From positions 1-38,324 of the forward strand of contig JAJECD010000191.1 in NCBI GenBank assembly GCA_022822215.1: DNA of 38,324 nt. Reading direction: 5' to 3'. Positions 31,367-38,324 of this stretch are shown here, piece by piece (position 1 is the stretch's first letter; each line of letters begins with the position of its first letter). A program made the position numbers and the translations under genes. This stretch comes from Candidatus Poribacteria bacterium. GTDB lineage: Bacteria > Poribacteria > WGA-4E > WGA-3G. Below the pieces are notes generated by a model. The model did not search any database, was not told the origin of the DNA, and saw only the letters and a program-made list of their open reading frames with translations.

Positions 31367-32152
31367 ATGGATCCGCAAAATATGCCCCTAAATTATAGCA
31401 TTGAAACTGAAAATCTCAGTCTCTGGTACGGTGATTTTCAAGCACTCATTGATGTCAACGTCAGGATACCCGATGGTCAGATAACTTCTCTGATTGGGCC
31501 TTCTGGCTGTGGGAAATCGACGCTCCTTCGCTGTTTTAATCGGGTCAACGAGCGTTACGGCAACGTTACGACCAAGGGGAAAATTGAGGTGCTCGGAAAA
31601 AATATCTACGATTCCGATGTCTCTTTACCAGAACTCCGAAAAGCCGTTGGGATGGTGTTCCAACGCCCGAATCCATTGCCGATCTCGGTGTATGAGAATA
31701 TCTTGTTCGGTTTGCGGATTCACTCGCCAATGGGCAGCCTCACGCGGACAGAATGCGACGAGATCGTTGAGGAGGCACTGACCTCCGTTTTCCTCTGGGA
31801 GGACCTAAAGGATAGATTGAAGGTCCGCGCAACATCACTCCAGCTTGAACAGCAACAGAAACTCTGTATTGCGCGGCTATTACCGCTTAAGCCAAAAATT
31901 ATCCTCATGGATGAGCCGTGCTCCGCATTGGATGCCAAAGGAACGCTCGCTGTTGAAGAACTTATGGAAGCACTTGCAGGAACGTACACGTTCTTAATTG
32001 TAACGCATAATATGGCACAAGCGCGACGCGTGAGTAAAGAGTGTATCTTCATGCTCCTTGGTGAACTTATTGAACATAGAGAGACACAAGCCCTTTTCCA
32101 GACACCAGAACACCCAAAAACTGCAGACTATGTGCAAATGCGGTATGGATAG
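31367..32152 (+). CDS. pstB: PstB paralog 2: catalytic motifs intact, signature motif degenerate
   Basis: GPSGCGKSTLLRCFNR, MVFQRPNP, LQLEQQQKLCIARLL in place of LSGGQQQRL, ILMDEPCSALD, VTHNMAQA. Confidence 0.9.
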   Translation: MDPQNMPLNYSIETENLSLWYGDFQALIDVNVRIPDGQITSLIGPSGCGKSTLLRCFNRVNERYGNVTTKGKIEVLGKNIYDSDVSLPELRKAVGMVFQRPNPLPISVYENILFGLRIHSPMGSLTRTECDEIVEEALTSVFLWEDLKDRLKVRATSLQLEQQQKLCIARLLPLKPKIILMDEPCSALDAKGTLAVEELMEALAGTYTFLIVTHNMAQARRVSKECIFMLLGELIEHRETQALFQTPEHPKTADYVQMRYG

Positions 32153-32169
32153 CCACGACAGCCAACACC

Positions 32170-33009
32170 ATGAATTCCTTAATGAGCCGTCCGAATCCGA
32201 AACAAAAATTCGCTTTGCAGAGTATCGCACTCCTTACGCTTGGGGTGGTATCCGTTCTGGTATGGAATGTTCTGAAAAAGACCTATCTGTCTGATGTACA
32301 GGTATTATCGGTAGCACGCGTATCCGATCCGTTACCGAACCTGTTTGGGGACATCTATTTTTTCTTATCAATCAGTTTCCTTGGCGTTTTGCTGGGTATT
32401 ACATGTGCCTTTTACTTGGAAGAGTGGTTACCAGAAACAAATTGGGTTCGATGTTTGATTGAGGGGCAAGTCAGTATTTTAAGCGGTGTGCCTTCGCTTT
32501 TGTATGGGCTTTTGGTCGTTACAGTCTTCTTGCCTTATAGTGGTGCCTTCCAGAGAACGCAAGGATTTCCGCCTGCTGGGGACCTGAATACAGCTTCACT
32601 ACAGGTGTCGTCTTTTCAAGGCGATACGACGCTATTCTACATTGCCGTATTAACTTTCGTGTTATTGGTGGTACCGCGGGTTATTAAGGCGACCCAAGAA
32701 GCCCTTCGATCGGTCCCGATACCGATACGTGAATCCGCTTACGCACTCGGGGCAAACCGATGGCAAGTGTTGACAAAACATGTCGTGCCGCTTTCACTTC
32801 CTCGTGTGGTTGCTGGTGCGTGTCGTGCGATGTCTTGTGCTTTGGCAGTATCGGCACTGTTCATCGGTATTTATATTTCCGGGTATACAATTCAACCCGG
32901 GCAGATGTCCGGCAGGTTTGCGCTGTTTTTAGGGGCAGCTTTGTTGTTAAGTATCTTTTCAAGTTTCCTGAGCCAGAGGTATCCTCTTGCTTCGACCCGG
33001 CACATTTAA
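32170..33009 (+). CDS. Additional PstA/PstC-like permease-family membrane protein (divergent)
   Basis: EALRSVPIPIRESAYALGANRWQVLTKHVVPLSLPRVVAG resembles the Pst EAA loop. The following GET motif is absent. About 5-6 hydrophobic spans. Confidence 0.7.
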   Translation: MNSLMSRPNPKQKFALQSIALLTLGVVSVLVWNVLKKTYLSDVQVLSVARVSDPLPNLFGDIYFFLSISFLGVLLGITCAFYLEEWLPETNWVRCLIEGQVSILSGVPSLLYGLLVVTVFLPYSGAFQRTQGFPPAGDLNTASLQVSSFQGDTTLFYIAVLTFVLLVVPRVIKATQEALRSVPIPIRESAYALGANRWQVLTKHVVPLSLPRVVAGACRAMSCALAVSALFIGIYISGYTIQPGQMSGRFALFLGAALLLSIFSSFLSQRYPLASTRHI

Positions 33010-33083
33010 CCTCTACTGGATGAATTCTTAAGTCGGAGGCATATTCTACCTCTAACGTGCGGATTTCAAAAACGGTGCCGATT

Positions 33084-33851
33084 ATGAAAACTGAAAAAGG
33101 GCAACCTATTCTAAACGTTCGTAATCTAAATATCTGGTATGGTGATAAGGATATTCTGGGTTCTCTCTCTTTTGAAGTTCAAGAAAAACAGGTAACGGCT
33201 TTCATCGGGCCCGCTAACTGCGGTAAAAGCACCCTTGTCCGGTGCTTCAATCGATTAAACGACTTTACACCAAACTTCAAATTCACCGGTGAAATCCTTT
33301 TTAAGGGGAGATCTTTGTATGCCGAGCAGGATGCGACGACTGTGCGGAAACAGATCGGGATGGTGTTCCGAAGACCCACCTTATTCCAAGGGTCTATCCA
33401 CGAAAATGTCGCTTATACCGCTCGGATTTCAAACGTAAGTCGAACCTCCGAACTGAATGCTATTGTTGAGAAAAACCTACGAAGAACTGGACTCTGGAAT
33501 GAGGTCGAGGGCATCTTAGACGAAACACCAGCGCAATTGTCCACGGGACAACAGCAGCTTCTCTGTGTCGCACGCGCCTTGGCTGCGGAACCAGAGGTTT
33601 TGATATTCGATGAGCCGTGTGGTGAGCTCGATCCTATTGAAACTGTTAAGATTGAAACGCTTATGCGGGAGTTGGCAAACGATTGCACACTTATTTTTGC
33701 TACGAATAAAAGAAGGCAAGCCGCTCGCGTTTCTGATGTCGCAGGGTTTCTCTACGGTGGCGAGTTAATCGAATTTGGAGCAACGGAGAGAATCTTTACC
33801 AACCCGCAGGATAGTAGAACGGAACAGTATGTAACAGGTAGGATGGGATAA
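33084..33851 (+). CDS. PstB paralog 3: probably non-catalytic
   Basis: GPANCGKSTLVRCFNR, MVFRRP (Q to R), LSTGQQQLL, LIFDEPCGELDP, FATNKR (no switch His), C-terminal EQYVTGRMG. Start set to ATG 33084; GTG 33057 is possible. Confidence 0.8.
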   Translation: MKTEKGQPILNVRNLNIWYGDKDILGSLSFEVQEKQVTAFIGPANCGKSTLVRCFNRLNDFTPNFKFTGEILFKGRSLYAEQDATTVRKQIGMVFRRPTLFQGSIHENVAYTARISNVSRTSELNAIVEKNLRRTGLWNEVEGILDETPAQLSTGQQQLLCVARALAAEPEVLIFDEPCGELDPIETVKIETLMRELANDCTLIFATNKRRQAARVSDVAGFLYGGELIEFGATERIFTNPQDSRTEQYVTGRMG

Positions 33852-33993
33852 AATTTAGCGACTTGCTGTTAGCGGTTAGGGGTTAACGAAAAAAATATAA
33901 AGGAACTTTATAGCCCCAGCCCAGTATAAATGTACCAAATATCCTGTTTCCGACAACGGAGGAAACAGGCCCGGAAGGCTAATAGTTAAAAAA

Positions 33994-34635
33994 ATGTTAG
34001 CGAATGAAATTAGAGAACTTCAGTACAAACTTTTGGAAATGGCAGGACTTTCCGAACAGATGCTACGCCAAGCCATCGAATCCGTTTTAACGCGGGACGA
34101 GGCATTAGCGGAGACAGTCATCGCGACGGATGATCAGGTGGATCAATTTGAAAACGAAATCGAAGCAGCGTGCATCCAATTAATCGCACTCCATCAACCC
34201 GTGGCATCTGAACTCCGTTTTCTGACAGTGGTGATGAAAATCAGCCACGACGTTGAACGACTTGCAGATAAGAGCGTTGCTATTGCGAGACGGAGCCTTG
34301 AATTATTAGAGTATCCGCCAGTCAAACCCTTCGTGGACCTGCCCTACGTAGCACAAGTGATTCAAACTATGGTAAAAGATGTACTGGATGCCTTCGTCAA
34401 CCGTAACGCCGAACTCGCTTTAGAGGTTCGGGAACGTGACAACGAGGTTGACGATATCTATGAAAAGATGCTCCATGAACTGCTTACCATTCTCAGCGAA
34501 CATCCGGCACTCATCCCACCGGGTATCAGTATCTTACTCCTTTTCCGGCATCTCGAACGCGTAGGCGATCTCGCAGTAAATATTAGTGAAGAGGTCTACT
34601 ATCTCGTCAAAGGCGACATCATCCGACACTCTTAG
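33994..34635 (+). CDS. phoU: Phosphate signalling complex protein PhoU
   Basis: 213 aa. Two repeated three-helix units with D(D/N)xVD motifs (ATDDQVDQFENEIE; ERDNEVDDIYEKM) and a RHLERVGD-type helix. Confidence 0.9.
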   Translation: MLANEIRELQYKLLEMAGLSEQMLRQAIESVLTRDEALAETVIATDDQVDQFENEIEAACIQLIALHQPVASELRFLTVVMKISHDVERLADKSVAIARRSLELLEYPPVKPFVDLPYVAQVIQTMVKDVLDAFVNRNAELALEVRERDNEVDDIYEKMLHELLTILSEHPALIPPGISILLLFRHLERVGDLAVNISEEVYYLVKGDIIRHS

Positions 34636-34667
34636 ACCCATATAGTCTCTATAGGTCTGAAGCCCTA

Positions 34668-36947
34668 CTAATCAATTGAAATCTCCGCAATTGAATGAAC
34701 GAACAGGACATCGTTTGCTCCATCGTACGCCTGTAGTCTTTGTGTCAACTCGTCGGAATTGAGAGTTTCTGCTGTCAACCCAACAATAACCAAATCTGCC
34801 TGATCGGAGCGGCGGGCTACCTCCGCTTCCAGAGCCTCTTTGCTATCGTATGATACGGAAGTGACCTTTTGCATTGAGATCGGCAGCCGACCTTCCCGCA
34901 TGAGCGTTGAGAGTCTATCTGCTTCACGTTCGGCATCCGTGGTTTCCGAACAAGCAAAAAGCCGTATTTCAGCATGTCGCCAATCCGGATGTCCGACGAT
35001 GATATACGCCAGCAGCATCATCATCGGTGCGTTTCTCAAGTTATCTTCTGTCACCCAAACATGAATAGAGGATTTATAGCCGAAGCGATACCCTGACGAG
35101 CGTAAAATTAAGACGTTGAACATTGTATTCGCAATGAGACGCGCACCTTCTTGAATCTCCTCAATTTCGTTCGGACTCTCTCGATCGAATTCAAGGAGGA
35201 CACAGTTATTCGGTAAGCCAGAAATCCCCGGCATCTGCAATATCTGCGCCAGAGCGAGTTTAAAGGTCGGGCAAGTTATGGCATCAACAAAGATGCCGGC
35301 TCTACTCACTTCCGTTCTTCTGATTAATCCGTCGACATGGGTACGTGACCGAATCTCACTGGAAAATGAATATTCACCGTGGAGCAGCCGGATGAAGTGT
35401 CCGAATCCGTGCCTGTGGCAGATCCAGCGAAGTAAATCGAAGTGTCCAAGTCGTCGTTCTCCGAATCGGGTTATAGCAACAATCGATGGACGCCAGCCGT
35501 CTTCGGATGAGATGACACGGCTTTTTTGTAGTGTCGTCTGTAACCATCGTGTTAATTGAAACATGGTCCCTTGAAAGATCGCTGTCAAGTCACGCTGTCC
35601 ACGTAGACTCCGACGGAGCCCAAGGTAAGTGATTGCCATGAGTCCGACTGAGATAAAGGCGTATAGCGTGCTTATCTGGATCATCATTAAACCGCACATC
35701 ACCGTCCCTACGAGAGATACATACCAGCGCGAATGAAACGTCGGGCGATAGGATGGATTGCTCGCGAAGTGCTCCAAGAGAGACACAGCACACAATGTCC
35801 CATAGGTTACCATGAAAAACATCGTCAGAATCTGGGCGATAAAGTCCAGTTCACCGATTGCTACGAACACTACTGCTATTACGCCCGATACACATGTCGC
35901 GTACACGGGTTCTTGTGTTTTTCCCACACCTTTTTCCATGAGCCGGTTGAGGTGGGAGATAGGCAGGACCTTGTCGCGACCCAGCATCTGAAGTGTTCTC
36001 GGAGCAACCATAATTGAACCGAGGGCGGAAGACAACGCGGCTGCACCTAACCCGATGTAGATTGCGGGACCCCACAGAGCAATCTTCGCCATGACGAAAT
36101 AGTCATCAGCAAGTACTTGCGGCGTAGCACTGAGTGCCAATTTGATAGCAACAAGGATGTATATGAGCATCCCCGCCAGTGTTGCACCAATCGTGCCGAG
36201 CGGTATACTTTTCTGAGGGTCCTTGAGATCACCAGAAAGCCCTAAACCGGCAATCATACCGGTAAAAGCGGGAAAACACGTCGCGAAAACCGTGCCGAAA
36301 TTATCTGGATTTTCAATGATTGTTGTAAGGTTCAATCCGCTGGGTCGAAGTGCTTCTTGTTGGTGCCCTTCTCCCAACAGAAACGCAGCAATTGACGCAG
36401 CAAGGATGACACAAACAACCCACAAGACACGAACACCGAGGTCCGCCCCCTTCGTAAGCATAAGCGCAATAATCAGGACAGTACCGGGGAGACTGACGAA
36501 ACGGGAATCAAGATTTATGCCGTGAGCGGTAGCCAGCCAATCATAAACCGGATTGAAGGCTTCCGCAAAAGCGACGATATAGAAGGCGATGGAGATCGCT
36601 TGGGAGATATAGAGTGCGATGCCGATAGTGCCGCCGATGCTGGCACCAAAGGAACGGCTGACAATATAATACGCGCCGCCCCCGGCGACGCGACGGTTCG
36701 TTGCAATCTCAGAAACCGCCAAAACCGTCGGAATCGTCACTAAATGTCCAAGCATGATAACCATTAGGCTGCCCCAGAGCCCAACATGCGCGACAGCATA
36801 ACCAAATCGTAGGAAAAGAATCGCACCGAGGATGGTACTAATTGAGGCAAGGAATACGGGGGCGGTGCCGAAACCGTGTCCTTGTTGCGGATTTGTGGAA
36901 TGACCGCCACGTTCGGACTCAGATGAGCCCTTCGGGTTCAAAGACAT
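34668..36947 (-). CDS. APC-superfamily transporter with a large cytoplasmic C-terminal domain (cation-chloride cotransporter / SLC12-like)
   Basis: About 12 TM in the N-terminal ~480 aa with an amino-acid-permease-like pattern, then a ~280-aa soluble domain. ATG 36947 is preceded by AAAGGA; the track start at 36977 is a TTG. Confidence 0.75.
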   Translation of the reverse strand: MSLNPKGSSESERGGHSTNPQQGHGFGTAPVFLASISTILGAILFLRFGYAVAHVGLWGSLMVIMLGHLVTIPTVLAVSEIATNRRVAGGGAYYIVSRSFGASIGGTIGIALYISQAISIAFYIVAFAEAFNPVYDWLATAHGINLDSRFVSLPGTVLIIALMLTKGADLGVRVLWVVCVILAASIAAFLLGEGHQQEALRPSGLNLTTIIENPDNFGTVFATCFPAFTGMIAGLGLSGDLKDPQKSIPLGTIGATLAGMLIYILVAIKLALSATPQVLADDYFVMAKIALWGPAIYIGLGAAALSSALGSIMVAPRTLQMLGRDKVLPISHLNRLMEKGVGKTQEPVYATCVSGVIAVVFVAIGELDFIAQILTMFFMVTYGTLCAVSLLEHFASNPSYRPTFHSRWYVSLVGTVMCGLMMIQISTLYAFISVGLMAITYLGLRRSLRGQRDLTAIFQGTMFQLTRWLQTTLQKSRVISSEDGWRPSIVAITRFGERRLGHFDLLRWICHRHGFGHFIRLLHGEYSFSSEIRSRTHVDGLIRRTEVSRAGIFVDAITCPTFKLALAQILQMPGISGLPNNCVLLEFDRESPNEIEEIQEGARLIANTMFNVLILRSSGYRFGYKSSIHVWVTEDNLRNAPMMMLLAYIIVGHPDWRHAEIRLFACSETTDAEREADRLSTLMREGRLPISMQKVTSVSYDSKEALEAEVARRSDQADLVIVGLTAETLNSDELTQRLQAYDGANDVLFVHSIAEISID

Positions 36948-37000
36948 GGAAGGTTCCTTTCTGTGTTCAATTGGCAATTAACTGAACCCGGTTAACCGGG

Positions 37001-38047
37001 TTACAACGTTGCGAGTTCCACGTTGTCGAAATTTCGGCGGTAATACTTCATATACTGTACTTTCCGCTCTAATGCTTCAATGACAGCCGTGTTAAAATTC
37101 ACCTTCTCAAACCGTTGTGCACTCCCCAAACCACCAGGACTGAAAACATTAATCTCCATGAGTTTGTCCCCTACGATGTCCAACCCAACTAAGAACATAC
37201 CGTCCTGGACCAATTTGGGCCTCACCATTTCTACGAGTTCTAATGCAACATCTGTTATTTCCGCCTGCCGGAGCCGTCCCCCCGCGTGAACGTTACTCCG
37301 CATATCACCCCCGGAGCGGACACGCCGGAAACCCGCGTATTTGTTACGATACCGCAAGGGTTTACCGTTCATGACAAACAGACGCGTGTCCCCCTCAGCG
37401 GCTGCGGCGAGATATTCTTGGGCGATGACATATCCATCTCGACTCACAGCATCTATCATCTGATTGAGGTTTGGAATGTCGTCTGGACGCACGAGAAAGA
37501 CGCTTTGTCCGCCTGAGCCCTGAAGCGGTTTCAATACAATAGTCCCGCCTTGCTCTTGGGCAAACTTCTTAATCTCTTCATGGTTTCGGGTGATGAGCGT
37601 CTTGGGACGGACTTCTTCGGGAAAGTGCTGGAAGTACATCTTGTTAAGTGCCTTGGATAAGCCGTTGGGATCGTTGAGAACGATGACACCATGGCGCATC
37701 GCGACTCTTCCAAAAATGAGCCCTGCGTTTTGTGCCCACGGGCGAGTTATCGCATCATCTGCCGGATTGTTCCGCAGTAGCAATACATCAAGTTCATCAA
37801 CGGTAATCCGCTCTACTCTTGCCCTTTTGCTCTTCAAGTCCGCAAAATAGGTTTCATGTGACTTATAATTACTTCGGGGTACCATGTAGGCATGTGCGCG
37901 AATATACTCATCCGGATCGTAGGCGAGATCGCCGACCGGTATAACCCATGCTTCGTGCCCCATATTAACGGCTTGCATTCCAAGCCGAGTCGTTGTAAAA
38001 CTTGCTGATTCAGTTTCTAAATCGTTGATAACAAATCCAATTCTCAT
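37001..38047 (-). CDS. gshB: Glutathione synthetase-like ATP-grasp enzyme
   Basis: Collinear with prokaryotic GshB as I recall it: MRIGFVIND..., DVLLLRNNP, VLNDP...NK, ILKPL.GSGG.S.F, GD.R......G, R.N...GG, GLDI.GD.L.EINV.SP. AAGGAG RBS. Confidence 0.8.
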   Translation of the reverse strand: MRIGFVINDLETESASFTTTRLGMQAVNMGHEAWVIPVGDLAYDPDEYIRAHAYMVPRSNYKSHETYFADLKSKRARVERITVDELDVLLLRNNPADDAITRPWAQNAGLIFGRVAMRHGVIVLNDPNGLSKALNKMYFQHFPEEVRPKTLITRNHEEIKKFAQEQGGTIVLKPLQGSGGQSVFLVRPDDIPNLNQMIDAVSRDGYVIAQEYLAAAAEGDTRLFVMNGKPLRYRNKYAGFRRVRSGGDMRSNVHAGGRLRQAEITDVALELVEMVRPKLVQDGMFLVGLDIVGDKLMEINVFSPGGLGSAQRFEKVNFNTAVIEALERKVQYMKYYRRNFDNVELATL

Positions 38048-38059
38048 TTTTTCTCCTTT

Positions 38060-38195
38060 TTAATTAATAGGACTTACGCAAAATGCGGTTATTCTGTCTA
38101 TTACGCCATTAGAAGTTGTGGAGATCCGCGGTATCTATCAACGCCCAGATTGCACAAACTAACAGTTTATGCTACAGTGCGTAAGTCCTAATTAA
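38060..38195. repeat. MITE-like intergenic element, family B copy 2
   Basis: ttaattaataggacttacgca (38060-38080) and tgcgtaagtcctaattaa (38178-38195) are inverted repeats. The internal motif cacaaactaacagtttatgctacagtg is shared with family A copy 1. Confidence 0.55.
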
Positions 38196-38324
38196 ATCAA
38201 GCACTGACATACCTTCGCGAAGCCGCCCCAGTTTTACGGTTGTGTCTGGAGACTCCATATAGCGCGGGCGCAAAGGGGACGAGATTAAAACCTTGCGCCA
38301 TTGTAATTCTTGAATGAGTGGTAT

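Noticed and set aside
33943-33969. A perfect 9-bp hairpin (cctgtttcc / ggaaacagg, 9-nt loop) upstream of phoU, considered as a terminator or attenuator.
   Set aside because: No U-run follows it, so it is not a canonical intrinsic terminator. It may affect mRNA processing, but I have no supporting evidence. It is noted only as context.
3190-36977. Longer N-terminal extensions offered by the ORF track: 3190, 13006, 17118, 18859, 20553, 22174, 23135, 25118, 33057, 36977.
   Set aside because: In each case an internal ATG is preceded by a much better Shine-Dalgarno sequence, and/or it begins a signal peptide or conserved N-terminus, and/or the extension would overlap the neighbouring gene. The shorter models were adopted, though starts remain predictions.
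38173-38324. An open frame on the minus strand entering from the right edge (IPLIQELQWRKVLISSPLRPRYMESPDTTVKLGRLREGMSVLDLIRTYAL*).
   Set aside because: Only about 50 codons are visible and I recognise no motif. Its last codons would run into the family B repeat. It may be the 3' end of a real gene upstream of gshB, but that cannot be supported from this window.
1-38324. Search for CRISPR arrays, tRNA or rRNA genes and integrase or transposase genes of classical IS types.
   Set aside because: There are no regularly spaced 25-40-nt direct repeats with unique spacers. I saw no T-loop (GGTTCGAATCC-like) context forming a cloverleaf; the one gtcgaatcc at about 5452 is inside the aldolase CDS. I saw no rRNA-like conserved blocks and no DDE or tyrosine-recombinase ORF. 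The only tandem repeats are the 12-nt coding repeat, the 29-nt doublet and the heptad spacers.

Overview
38.3-kb window from an unidentified bacterium. Terminal-Phe beta-barrel proteins and T9SS-type C-terminal sorting domains suggest it is Gram-negative. WD40, dockerin, Uma2 and Rpn/DUF4351-type genes fit an uncultured environmental or symbiont lineage, but that is speculation. I support about 36 CDS and saw no rRNA, tRNA or CRISPR. Gene content, left to right: (1) WD40+dockerin protein (5'-truncated), duplicated-domain lipoprotein, PduO-type adenosyltransferase, L-fuconate-dehydratase-like enolase, HpcH aldolase. (2) A 1004-aa HEXXH + dockerin + T9SS-tail protein followed by an Rpn/YhgA-like nuclease gene. 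(3) A second, shorter copy of that cassette (3-blade WD40 + T9SS tail + nuclease-deleted Rpn paralog). (4) PhyH dioxygenase and an FtsX-permease/ABC-ATPase/beta-barrel trio. (5) A long minus-strand block: DUF481-like OMP, acylphosphatase fusion, MocA-like transferase, Uma2 endonuclease, MoxR ATPase, MalG-type permease with a giant loop, Rieske protein. (6) Nucleoside hydrolase and M32 carboxypeptidase. (7) An expanded pst operon: pstS-pstC-pstA-[Kv channel]-pstB1-pstB2-[pstA-like]-pstB3-phoU. (8) An SLC12-like transporter and gshB. Best candidates for something undescribed: (a) the Rpn cassette, which has an in-frame internal SD+GTG and a neighbouring paralog that is exactly the nuclease-deleted form, so it may be a toxin/intragenic-antitoxin arrangement, and it is duplicated together with the T9SS-tail coding sequence; (b) the pst operon, where PstB1 and PstB2 have complementary degenerate ATP-site motifs, a third PstB looks non-catalytic, and an extra permease and a voltage-gated K+ channel are embedded; (c) the translationally coupled MoxR / orphan giant-loop permease / Rieske operon. 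Intergenic DNA carries several short repeat families: two MITE-like families, a covarying hairpin motif and heptad-phased intercistronic spacers. All assignments come from reading motifs by eye. No database search was run.
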